Virus record (IMG/VR): IMGVR_UViG_3300045988_145891
DNA: 44,868 bases
Origin: a virus
Direction: 5' to 3' (one strand)
A program made the translations under genes and the position numbers. Under the pieces are notes generated by a model. It ran no database searches, was not told the DNA's origin, and saw only the letters and a program-made list of their open reading frames with translations. Shown here piece after piece: positions 1 through 9,000 of the stretch. The first letter of the stretch is position 1. Each line of letters starts with the position of its first letter.

Positions 1-55
1 CACTTGTTGAATATCAATATCTTCTTGAATAACTTTAGGTTTCATTTTTCTTAAC
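1..55. repeat. Terminal redundancy: bases 1-55 are identical to 44814-44868, a circular-assembly overlap or terminal repeat
   Basis: Direct string identity between the first 55 nt and the last 55 nt of the window. Confidence 0.9.
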
Positions 56-228
56 GTTCTAAGACTTCCTGTTTCAGTAGGAATAAGATTAATTATTCTA
101 TTAGCTGTCAAATAATATATTTGACTATCTTTATTTATTCCTATCTTATCTCCGACTTCTCCTAAAGTATAATCAGTCTGATAGAAGCTAGTGGTTGATT
201 TATAGCCATATGAGTTACCCTTAGCCAT
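1..228 (-). CDS. N-terminal segment (~61 aa) of the tail tubular protein B-like (T7 gp12-like) gene, continuing in frame at 43140..44868 across the circular junction
   Basis: ATG at 226-228 preceded by RBS GAGGAGG at 7-nt spacing and overlapping the upstream stop (ATGGCTAA). It reads in frame (183 nt = 61 codons) into the MKPKVIQ start at 45, which equals 44858. Confidence 0.5.
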   Translation of the reverse strand, partial: MAKGNSYGYKSTTSFYQTDYTLGEVGDKIGINKDSQIYYLTANRIINLIPTETGSLRTLRKMKPKVIQEDIDIQQV

Positions 229-817
229 TATATACACCTCCTCTAAGATTTAATGGTATTGCACTTCCCTCAGCTAATATAACATTAGTTTTCTCAACTT
301 GTAACTTACTTTCAAGATATGGTAACCTATCAGCATACATTGGTATAGTTTGAGCAAGTTTAACTGCTAACATCAATACAAGATAGTCCTTAATATACTC
401 TGGAAATTCTGTTAGTGGTAATCTTCTAACATAGTTAAGTATTAATGGGTTAGAGTATGAGTAGATATATTCTCCCTCTAATCTTAAATCAATAGGTCTA
501 TTTCCCCTAACTAAAGTCTGAATACTCTCAACTGTAAAAGGTGTTCTAGTATTAACAATAGGTTTCTTCTTAATTCCTAAAAAATCTTCTGGAACATTAT
601 ATCTATGTTCTCCTGTGTTAGTATCTAATTCACTAACTGTTAGTTGTACTGTTGTACTTGGAAAGTTAAACTCATTACTCTTACATACACTATCAGCTAT
701 ACTATTTAGTAACTTGGTTGCCATCTGATATATGTTACTTCTGTTATCATTGTAGTCAGTAATGTTTCCAACTGTAATAAGTGCTAATTCAATAATTTGT
801 CCTCTTTCTAACATTAT
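221..817 (-). CDS. Tail tubular protein A-like (T7 gp11-like adaptor/gatekeeper), ~198 aa
   Basis: Size and position immediately upstream of a ~630-aa partner. N-terminal and C-terminal (PE....Y.V) patterns resemble T7 gp11. Probable start is the third ATG, 8 nt after GGAGTG. Confidence 0.45.
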   Translation of the reverse strand: MMLERGQIIELALITVGNITDYNDNRSNIYQMATKLLNSIADSVCKSNEFNFPSTTVQLTVSELDTNTGEHRYNVPEDFLGIKKKPIVNTRTPFTVESIQTLVRGNRPIDLRLEGEYIYSYSNPLILNYVRRLPLTEFPEYIKDYLVLMLAVKLAQTIPMYADRLPYLESKLQVEKTNVILAEGSAIPLNLRGGVYNG

Positions 818-841
818 CATCACTCCTTTTTGATTTTATTA

Positions 842-870
842 TAACATAAAAGGCTAGGTGTTCCCTAGCC
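842..870. terminator. Hairpin GGCTAGG-tgttc-CCTAGCC with flanking T-rich tract between the holin stop and the gp11-like start
   Basis: 7-bp perfect stem with T-rich tracts on both strands. Confidence 0.35.
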
Positions 871-1134
871 ATTATTTTTCTTCCTTATTTCATCTGTTAG
901 TGCTTTGATTAATTTTCCGTGTTCTTCTAGTGCTTTTGTTGATTCTAACTGAATTTTAGAATTGACTTCTAATAGTTGCCTATTTGCAGCCATCAAATAA
1001 TTCATAAATTCAGTGTTTTGGTCTATAATCTTTTGAACATAGTGTTTCATCATTAAAACTACAACTATACCTATTGTTCCATTAATACCAGCTTCCTTTA
1101 ATACTTTAATTAAATCTAATTCCATAGGCACCAC
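865..1134 (-). CDS. Small holin-like protein (N-terminal TM, charged helical C-terminus; BhlA/UviB-type architecture), 89 aa
   Basis: One predicted TM (GINGTIGIVVVLMM) followed by coiled-coil. Lies immediately downstream of the endolysin. Confidence 0.45.
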   Translation of the reverse strand: MVPMELDLIKVLKEAGINGTIGIVVVLMMKHYVQKIIDQNTEFMNYLMAANRQLLEVNSKIQLESTKALEEHGKLIKALTDEIRKKNNG

Positions 1135-1512
1135 CTAATCATTTATTTGTACATGAGGTCCATCAATAAAGGTTTCCCAATATGCACCACATTCAATATT
1201 AAATCCAAGTCTATGAGCTAATTGCATTATAACATCAGCAAACTCTCTATAATACTTAATATCCCAAGTAACTTGTCCATTCTCATCTATTATTGCAATA
1301 TCAAAGGCACTACCTGTCAAGTGTTTAGATTTCATAGTCTTAGATTTACCCTCTGCTACAAGTTGCTTTTGTCTTTCCTCTGTCCTAACTCCCTCAGTTA
1401 CAACAAAATCATACGGGGAATAGTCCAGCATTAAACCAAGAAGTATTATCAGTCTAAAGTCAATACCTTCTATGTTAGATAAACTTCTTTTACTAAATTT
1501 GTATTTAGTCAT
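1135..1512 (-). CDS. Endolysin, peptidase M15 family (L-alanyl-D-glutamate / D-Ala-D-Ala zinc peptidase), single domain, 125 aa
   Basis: Motifs SKHLTGSAFDI (H-x3-G-x-A-x-D) and DGPHVQ (D-x-x-H) typical of Peptidase_M15/VanY-type lysins. No cell-wall-binding domain. Confidence 0.7.
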   Translation of the reverse strand: MTKYKFSKRSLSNIEGIDFRLIILLGLMLDYSPYDFVVTEGVRTEERQKQLVAEGKSKTMKSKHLTGSAFDIAIIDENGQVTWDIKYYREFADVIMQLAHRLGFNIECGAYWETFIDGPHVQIND

Positions 1513-1525
1513 ATTAAAACCTCCT

Positions 1526-1891
1526 TTATATTGTTATATAATCTTTTATATTATTAAAAGTTGTTTCTCCTATAAACTTTCTAATCTCGTATATATCTTT
1601 ATAAGGTCTGTTTTCTATTATCTTATTAGCTTTGACTTCTCCTATTCCATCAAGACTATCTAAAGCTTCATAAGAACAGTCATTAATATTAATCTTGTCT
1701 ATATTAGGTTTATTATCTATATTCACTATTTGAGCATTAGTCTGATAATTGTTATTATAAAAATTAGCTTTATAAAACATTATATTTAATGCAGCTAACA
1801 TAAACATTCCTAAAATATTTATGATACATAGAAAAAATACTAATTTAACAACCAAGTTTACATTTAGATTTCCATTTCTTTTTAAATTCAT
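1526..1891 (-). CDS. Membrane-anchored ComEA-like helix-hairpin-helix DNA-binding protein, ~121 aa
   Basis: N-terminal TM. C-terminus ININDCSYEALDSLDGIGEVKANKIIENRPYKDIYEIRKFIGETTFNNIKDYITI matches the ComEA HhH tandem (LxxLPGIG...GIGEKTFEKIKDYITV). RBS GAGGTGG before ATG at 1891. Confidence 0.65.
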   Translation of the reverse strand: MNLKRNGNLNVNLVVKLVFFLCIINILGMFMLAALNIMFYKANFYNNNYQTNAQIVNIDNKPNIDKININDCSYEALDSLDGIGEVKANKIIENRPYKDIYEIRKFIGETTFNNIKDYITI

Positions 1892-1962
1892 ATTTACCAC
1901 CTCATTTGTATTGTATCATTAAATTAAATTTTACGCTATAATCAATTTAGGTAGGTGGTGGT

Positions 1963-2154
1963 ATGTTATTTAGAAAGAATGTAGATTATGAAAAGATAAG
2001 TTTTAATTCTCCAAAAGAAGTGGTTAAGAAGATAGATGAGATAAGTGAGTTTTACTTTTGCAATAGAACTGATGTCATAAATGAAGCTATTAATTATTAT
2101 CACAAAAGTTTTAAAAAGAAATTGAATAGACTAGAAAAAAGAGAGCCTAAATAG
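1963..2154 (+). CDS. Ribbon-helix-helix (CopG/Arc/MetJ-like) DNA-binding protein, 63 aa, encoded antisense to the surrounding late operon
   Basis: RBS AGGTGGTGG. Pattern beta-strand KISFNSPKEV then helix ...NRTDVINEAINYY (R-S/T-D/E-h-I-x-EAI hallmark of RHH). Confidence 0.5.
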   Translation: MLFRKNVDYEKISFNSPKEVVKKIDEISEFYFCNRTDVINEAINYYHKSFKKKLNRLEKREPK

Positions 2155-2161
2155 ACTCTCT
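2134..2161 (-). terminator. Rho-independent terminator (AGAGAG-loop-CTCTCT + T6) after the 100-aa gene, overlapping the 3' end of the plus-strand RHH gene (bidirectional)
   Basis: 6-bp GC-containing stem followed by TTTTTT on the minus strand. Confidence 0.55.
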
Positions 2162-2165
2162 AATT

Positions 2166-2468
2166 TTATACTGTGAATTTAGAAATTTTCATTTTTAATT
2201 CTTCAATGTTTTCTATAACATAACAGTAGAATGTCTTATATTCAGAACTTCCTGTCATATTATTTGCTTTTTTATAAGTTTCTATCTTATCTTTGATGAT
2301 ATCTGCGTGTTCCATTCTTGATTTAGCGTCAGCCATTGTAAATCTAGCCATTTCTTTCTCATCATGTTCTTTCATCTTAATAGCTTCCCAATACATTCTC
2401 ATTCCATCATCAAGGTCATCTTGCATACGTCTATAAAGACTTTCTAATACTATATCGTGTTTTTCCAT
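2166..2468 (-). CDS. Hypothetical protein, 100 aa
   Basis: ORF with RBS in the late operon. No recognisable motif. Confidence 0.4.
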   Translation of the reverse strand: MEKHDIVLESLYRRMQDDLDDGMRMYWEAIKMKEHDEKEMARFTMADAKSRMEHADIIKDKIETYKKANNMTGSSEYKTFYCYVIENIEELKMKISKFTV

Positions 2469-2544
2469 TATATATCCTCTCCTATCATAAATCCTATTAT
2501 CATTCCTATTAGAAAAAAGAAGTTTTGCATAATATCACTTCCTT

Positions 2545-2868
2545 TTATTGTCCTCTCATCATTGAATAAAGTTTGTCAATATCCTGTTCGTTGAATATCA
2601 ATCCTTTTATTTCAATTTTACCTCCGGTAGCTTTTATTCCCTCTTTAGCTGCCTTGTATAATGCTTCTATATCAACATTTCCATCTTGGTCTATAATTTC
2701 CATAGACTGTAACAACTTCATGTGTTCTTGAATTAATTTTTCAGTTTTCCCCATAACTAGAACACTTCCTGTTGCTAATGCAAATTTCATTAATGAACTT
2801 GGCATAACAGGTAGTACTACATCTTTTATATATTTTCCTATTACTAATTCTACATCAACGATTTTCAT
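2545..2868 (-). CDS. Hypothetical protein, 107 aa
   Basis: ORF in the late operon. No recognisable motif. Confidence 0.4.
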   Translation of the reverse strand: MKIVDVELVIGKYIKDVVLPVMPSSLMKFALATGSVLVMGKTEKLIQEHMKLLQSMEIIDQDGNVDIEALYKAAKEGIKATGGKIEIKGLIFNEQDIDKLYSMMRGQ

Positions 2869-2917
2869 AGATTATCTCCTTTTTAGAAATTAAGGGTAGA
2901 TTTCTCTACCCTGTAAT

Positions 2918-3533
2918 TTATTTAGTTTGAGCATTTCCTGTAATGCTTACATTTGTAGGTGCTGCTGCAGTTGGTGCTGTCCAAGAGTTAAACTCTGGCA
3001 TAGGTTGTGGACAAATACTTCCTATTGGCATTACTAATTTACCTGGTACGAATGTTGCATTTACATAACAGTATAAGTTGTTATCTCCTGCAACTCTTCT
3101 TTCAGACTCGACTGCAATAGCTCCAGAAAGTCTTTCTTCAACTGCTTTTAATTTAAGGTCATTGATTTCTTGGTCTTTAGCCATAGTAGTTTTAATACAT
3201 TCAACTTCTTTATCAAGTCTTGAAACTGCATTTCCTACTTGTAAGAAACCATCAGTTACTTTTGCTAAAACTGCAGCTAATTTCTCATCTTCTTTTCTGA
3301 ACTCATTAAAAGTTTCCTTTTGAGTTGCTAGAGCAACTTGGTCTGCATATCTCTCTCCTCTACATTGAGCTAATTCTGCTTCTAATGTAGAAACTCTGTT
3401 AGTTGCACAGTTGTTACCAAAAAAGTCCTCCTAAAAGTCCATTCCCACAATTGCCATTCATTAGTCCTAATGCAGTACCTGCTATACCTAGTCCTAGTCC
3501 TGCTCCTGCTACACCTTTACTTGCGTATTCCAT
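2918..3533 (-). CDS. Frameshifted gene: N-terminal glycine-zipper TM segment (39-aa ORF 3414-3533), then a +1-frame coiled-coil and Pro/Cys-rich C-terminal part (open frame 3418 to 2918); i-spanin-like architecture
   Basis: Strong RBS AGGAGG before ATG 3533. The first frame stops at TAA 3414-3416, but the second frame is open with no start codon for 78 codons upstream of MAKDQ (3184). The junction is a T6/A6 homopolymer at 3419-3424. Confidence 0.5.
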
Positions 3534-3636
3534 AATGATACCTCCTAATAATATTATTAGAGATTTCTCTCTTAACTGAATAATATCACTTATTAAGAGA
3601 TAATATTGAAAAGAGTATAAAATAATATCAAGGCAA

Positions 3637-3670
3637 TAAAAAAAGCTAGAATAAATCTAGCTTTAAAAAA
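3637..3670. terminator. Bidirectional rho-independent terminator (AAGCTAGA-ataaa-TCTAGCTT flanked by A/T runs) after the membrane-protein gene
   Basis: 8-bp stem with T-runs on both strands. Confidence 0.55.
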
Positions 3671-3673
3671 ATT

Positions 3674-4006
3674 TTATTTTATTTTTTTGTCCATATGTTT
3701 TTTACCTAAAATCATACCTCCAAGTGCTAAAACAAGATAAGTTAGTTCCTCTGGAATAGGTAGAACATATATTTGTTTTCCAGTAAATGCAGTTAAGTAA
3801 GGTGCAACTATATGTTGATTAATTACCAATAATGAATAAACATAGAATAAGTGGAGTATTCCACCTCTTTCTATTATTCCAGAAAAAGCATTAATTTTTG
3901 TTTTTTCAACATCAGCCATTATCTCATCTACTTTTCCCTTGTCTAAATGTCTTTGGAGTAACTCTGGTAAAAATCTTTTTATTAAACCTAATATAAAATT
4001 ACTCAT
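3674..4006 (-). CDS. Small membrane protein with 2 predicted TM helices (possible holin), ~110 aa; start at the internal ATG with RBS GGGGG
   Basis: Hydrophobic segments LHLFYVYSLLVINQHIV and LTYLVLALGGMILG. The RBS supports the MSNF start rather than the ORF-track MYRKY start. Confidence 0.4.
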   Translation of the reverse strand: MSNFILGLIKRFLPELLQRHLDKGKVDEIMADVEKTKINAFSGIIERGGILHLFYVYSLLVINQHIVAPYLTAFTGKQIYVLPIPEELTYLVLALGGMILGKKHMDKKIK

Positions 4007-4106
4007 AATATACCCCCTATACTTTGCTATTCGTTGAATAATGTATTTCCTATACAAAATACTATAATTAATAGTCTAATGTATAAGAATTGATTTTAGA
4101 TATAAA

Positions 4107-6089
4107 TTATAGATTTTTAAGTGTATCATTCAATTTATCAACTTCATCAAAACTAAAAGTTCTAGGTTTAGTTTCTACTTTAGGTGTAGATGTAGTTCCT
4201 AAATATTTCTCCATAAATTTTACAACACTCTCTGGAATAGTAGGCTCTTCTAATCTCTCAACTAAACTCAAGTTCATCATTACATTGTTACCATACTGTT
4301 GCTCGAACTCTTCCCAAGTTAGATTAGGGTTGTCTTGTAATAATAACTCGTAAGCTTCGTATTTAGCTTTTTGTTCTGCTTCAACTTGTTTATCATACTT
4401 AAATTTCTCTAATGAATATTCTAAATAATCTTGTTTAACCCCCTCTAGTTCCATAGCATACTGCATTGTAGGTGTGTTAAGTGTCGAAATAACTTCATTA
4501 TTCAATGTTATTAATTTATTTTTTTCAGCTAACCTAAATATCAAATTGTTAAAGTCACTTTCAGTGTATGCAAACTTAGAATGTTGTGAAGTTAATATCC
4601 CTTTTGGGTTAAACGCATCATAAACATCTTTACTCTTATAATATCTTACTCCATCTACATTTAATTCATATTTAAAATCTCCTAAAGGTTGAACTAAAAC
4701 GTTGTAGTTACCTATTCTTGAATTAGATATATATATACTTACATTATCTCCATTTACATCAATAATTCTTTTTCCCGTTAAACCATTTTCGTATTCGAAT
4801 TTAGAATTTGATATATTAATATTAGCACTTGTTTTAATAACCCCCATAGCTGTATTTGCAGGTGCTGGAATAGCACTGAACAATCCTTTATTTGTTGTAG
4901 AATGATAATAAATAATTACATCACTCATAGTTGTCGGTTGATTAGTGTCTATCAAATAACCATCTATTCTCTCAGAAGAAAAGTTATTTATAATGCAATC
5001 TCCGTCGCCTCTTGAGTAAAAGAATGGTGTTGCTATATTTATTGTTCCGTTGTATTTCGATTGAACACCATAGCAATTACTTACAGACCAACCGTTGTTG
5101 TTTTGAGAATGTACAAAAAATCTTCCTGCATCAACGTGACATTGGTCTATAAATATATGGTTAGCACTACCTGTTATTTCCAATCCAGCGGTAAGCTCAT
5201 AAGCTTTATTGTATCCATAACATAAGCAATTACTTATATTACCCCAATCCATTCTACCTAACTTTATGAATGTAGCATTTGTTATTAACCTTTCCATTAA
5301 ATTTGGAGCAGAACTTCCTGTAAGACCTACTATATTAGGGTTTGAGTGTATTCTAGTTATATTATTTGCATCAACACATTTATCAATATGAATAAAAGTT
5401 TTTGTAGCAACCCCAATGACATCATCTATATAACTAGCTAGCAATCCTTTTGTAGCATCTATACCTACACAACACAATCCTAACGAAACTCTTTCTAATT
5501 TACAATACCCACCACTTTCTTTAAAATATACTTGAGCTTCACATTCTACATACTCATCTTTTGGAACACTAGAAAAACCATCATTCTGATAATAAGCCAT
5601 TCTTTTAATAGTTAAGTTTCTACATTTAAATCTATCCCCTACAATGAGTCCTTTACCTAAATGATTTACTGATATACCTAAATCATATATTTGAGTATTA
5701 TACTTTTTAGTTTCCAATTCTGATGAAACAAGGTAGAATTTATTTACATCTCCTCTTATTATATTTATGTAATTTAAAGCCTTTTGTATAGCTTGGGTGT
5801 CGTCTGTTTTGGTGTCTCCTTTAGCTCCAAACCAAGATACATTTACTTCTCCATTGTGTATAATATTAGCCCATTTACCATTATCAATCTGGATACCAGA
5901 ACCATCATCACTGTCAGCAATTATTCTCTTATGATTAGCTCCATCTCCAGCTTGGTAGTAGCCAAGAATTTCTACTACCTTGCCAGATTTTAATTTACTA
6001 TCTTTTTGCATTTCTGCTATTGTATTATATACTTTTGCATTACCACCTAGTAGTCCTATACCAAGTGGTACTGATTTATCTTTAGCCAT
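4107..6089 (-). CDS. Tailspike / depolymerase with pectate-lyase-like right-handed beta-helix, 660 aa
   Basis: N-terminal motif WFGAKGDTKTDDTQAIQKAL (Pectate_lyase_3 / GH28-type signature). Size and position next to the tail fibre. Confidence 0.65.
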   Translation of the reverse strand: MAKDKSVPLGIGLLGGNAKVYNTIAEMQKDSKLKSGKVVEILGYYQAGDGANHKRIIADSDDGSGIQIDNGKWANIIHNGEVNVSWFGAKGDTKTDDTQAIQKALNYINIIRGDVNKFYLVSSELETKKYNTQIYDLGISVNHLGKGLIVGDRFKCRNLTIKRMAYYQNDGFSSVPKDEYVECEAQVYFKESGGYCKLERVSLGLCCVGIDATKGLLASYIDDVIGVATKTFIHIDKCVDANNITRIHSNPNIVGLTGSSAPNLMERLITNATFIKLGRMDWGNISNCLCYGYNKAYELTAGLEITGSANHIFIDQCHVDAGRFFVHSQNNNGWSVSNCYGVQSKYNGTINIATPFFYSRGDGDCIINNFSSERIDGYLIDTNQPTTMSDVIIYYHSTTNKGLFSAIPAPANTAMGVIKTSANINISNSKFEYENGLTGKRIIDVNGDNVSIYISNSRIGNYNVLVQPLGDFKYELNVDGVRYYKSKDVYDAFNPKGILTSQHSKFAYTESDFNNLIFRLAEKNKLITLNNEVISTLNTPTMQYAMELEGVKQDYLEYSLEKFKYDKQVEAEQKAKYEAYELLLQDNPNLTWEEFEQQYGNNVMMNLSLVERLEEPTIPESVVKFMEKYLGTTSTPKVETKPRTFSFDEVDKLNDTLKNL

Positions 6090-9000
6090 TTATATCCTCC
6101 TTAAGAAACTTTCAATTTTATCAACATAATACTTTTTATATCCCTCTTCATTAGGGTGCCAACCATCTGATTGATAAGTATATTTTGCTCTTAAACTAGG
6201 TATGTAGTTTAGTGGTGGACAATCAGAATGTAAGTCAACATATGGTATTCCCCATTTCTTTAACATTTCAATAGATATATCATAGTAACTTTCATCATAA
6301 GTGACACTCATTTTGTGAACTATAATAAATCCTATTTTTTTACCAGCGAAACGTTCAACTGTTTGTTTGCACATAGATTCAAAAGCTCCACAGTATGTTG
6401 TATCATCAAATGATTTATCATATCCATCAGTTATAGTTCCTAACGGGGCTTTAACTCCTCCGTCATTTACACCACCTTCAAGTAATACATAATCTGCATC
6501 TGTATCTAAATCTTGTATAGAACGACAAATCCAAAACCTTTTAGCTCCTGATGAAGAATATTGTTCTGCTGTAATAGTCCCACCACCAACAGCTATATTT
6601 TGATATTTCATATTATTTCTATCAGCTATAATTTTGCCATAACCACCTAAAAATCCAGCACCAGCACAGATGCTATCTCCTGTTAATGCTATTTTTTTAC
6701 CATATAGTATATTTGTAGCCACATCTATATTGTCTTTTAAATCTACATTAGGTATTATTTCTTTATACCCATATGGTACATATTCATCAGAAATATAATT
6801 CAAATAACAAGTATGATTATCTATACGTCCTAAAACTCCATTCAATCTAACCTTAGATATTTTATTATTATGAGGAACTTCATATAGTCCTTTTATCTGT
6901 GTTCCAGTAGTAGGTTCTTCATAGCTTATTCTTTTCAAAGTGCTTATTTTATTACCAGCATCATCATAACAATAACCACCAATAGCCTCTCCGTATTGTG
7001 GCATATATATCTTATCTAAAGATTTAATTGGTATAAAGTTAGTTAAAAAATATCTCGTATGGTCTTTTATATCTCCTACACCATCAACATATACGTTTGG
7101 TGTTATATCGTTTTTATTGAATAAATTTACATACTTTATATTTGTAGAACTGCCTAGTGAATACGATTTTATCTTTTCTTGAGTAATACTATTATCCTTT
7201 ATCATTTGTTTTTCTATTGATTTGACAAACTTTTTCCCGAAAATTAATTCGTTATACTCATAATATGTATTATCAAATTCCCTATTGATAGATATAACTA
7301 TTTCATTCTCTCTTAATGTACGATAATTAACTTTTACATATGATATTGTTTTATCATTAGGAACTCTATATCTACCTTTTGTTTGTTTTATACCCGGTGA
7401 CTCCTCTTCATACCCTTCTCTCACTAAATCTGCAACAAAAACATCATCAGAAGTATAACAAGACCCACCTTTAGGTTCTCCATATAAATTATTTCTGATT
7501 AAATCATTAGGTTGAACTTTTATTTTATGAGAATAAGAATATGCCTCGTCCGTTAAAATCTCACCGCTAGATAAATAACCACCATCAACATTTTCAATTG
7601 AGCCTTTATCAAAATAGTTCCCTATATCTATATCTTCAATTTTTCTTACAGTAACAGCATTATCAGCTATTTTATTTGTTGTAATTGAATTATCTTCAAT
7701 AGTAGGAGATACTGGAGTTTCTCCTGTCATAGCATTTATAACTTCTTCTGATAGATTTATTAATTTAATTTTGTCAGAGTCAGATGATGTTTTGAATTTA
7801 TATGCTGGGATAGAGTTATCTTGTATATCTTGTTCTGATATTTTTTTATTCTTTAATTCTTCTATCTCTTGCATATTTGTATTACTGTTTCCTAAAGCCT
7901 TATTTATAGCATTAACTACATTTTTATCTGTATCGTTAATACCATTTTCAATTTTATTTAATTTTGAGTTATCTAAATCTTCTGCTGTTCCATTATAATT
8001 ACCTTTATCTAATTTTGATTCTTTCAACTCATTGATATCATATTTTGTAGCTAAACCAATTCTTTCTGCTGTATCTAAATCAACAACATCGTAATCTAAA
8101 TCATAACTATCTCCAATATCTATATAAGCAACTTGTTTACCATCTATTTCAGATATATGAGCTAAATATTGGAAAGTTCCTATTTCATTCTTAGTTCTTG
8201 ATAAACCACCATCTACTTCTTGAGATAGGAAATAATACTCATCATAAACAAATGTCTCTCCTTTATCATCTCTTGCTTGTGTAGGTATATTTACTACACC
8301 TCTAGTTACAACGTCAAATCTGTCGTTATCTATCTTAATCGCTATTCCATCAGCACTTGTATATTTATTTGCTTTTACCCATTTTCTTGTAGCTCCATCT
8401 AAAGTAACAGCAGTAAATACAAATCCGTGATTAGCTTGAGTAAATTGCATTGTATCAGTTTGCCCACCTAATTCTTGCCATTCACTCCATACTTCATTTA
8501 TTCTTACAACAAAGAGCATCTTTCCTGTTGTAGTATAATATCTAATTACTTGAGAGTTTCCACCATCAGTAATATCTTTCTTAACAACTCCTGCATTATC
8601 TGATGAGTTTAATTGAGGTGGATAATGAATATAATTTTTATTAAATAAATCTACTACTAACCAGTTACCTAAACCTATCTCAAGCCAGTCACTACCCTCT
8701 GGCATTAAACCTTTATCTGCTACTGCTTGGTCTATCATAGTTTGTAGTCTTTCTTCTAGTTGAGTAGTATAATCATCTAATCTTTGTTTTAAATCAGTTT
8801 CAACATACTCATCTAATTGTCTTTTAACTTCTTCTAGTAACTCTCTTTCAGCTACTTCTAAGTCTTGCTCTAGTAGTTTTAGAACTTCTTGTCTTAACTC
8901 TTGTACTAAGTCATTAAACTTCTCAAATAGGCTATCAACAGGCATAGCAGCCATATTACCGTCTTTATCCATATACCAAGTAGTATATGGTTTTAATTCT

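Noticed and set aside
1222-1663. Plus-strand ORFs 1222..1434 and 1472..1663 from the six-frame track
   Set aside because: They lie antisense within the endolysin and ComEA-like genes, have no RBS, and translate to low-complexity products typical of AT-rich antisense frames.
2918-3533. Embedded o-spanin (lipoprotein) partner for the i-spanin-like frameshifted gene
   Set aside because: No ORF in or after this gene shows a lipobox (L-[AS]-[GA]-C) signal peptide, so the spanin interpretation stays tentative.
3674-4057. Longer ORF-track start (MYRKYIIQ...) for the membrane protein
   Set aside because: There is no RBS upstream of 4057, whereas GGGGG sits 7 nt before the internal ATG at ~4006. The shorter form is preferred.
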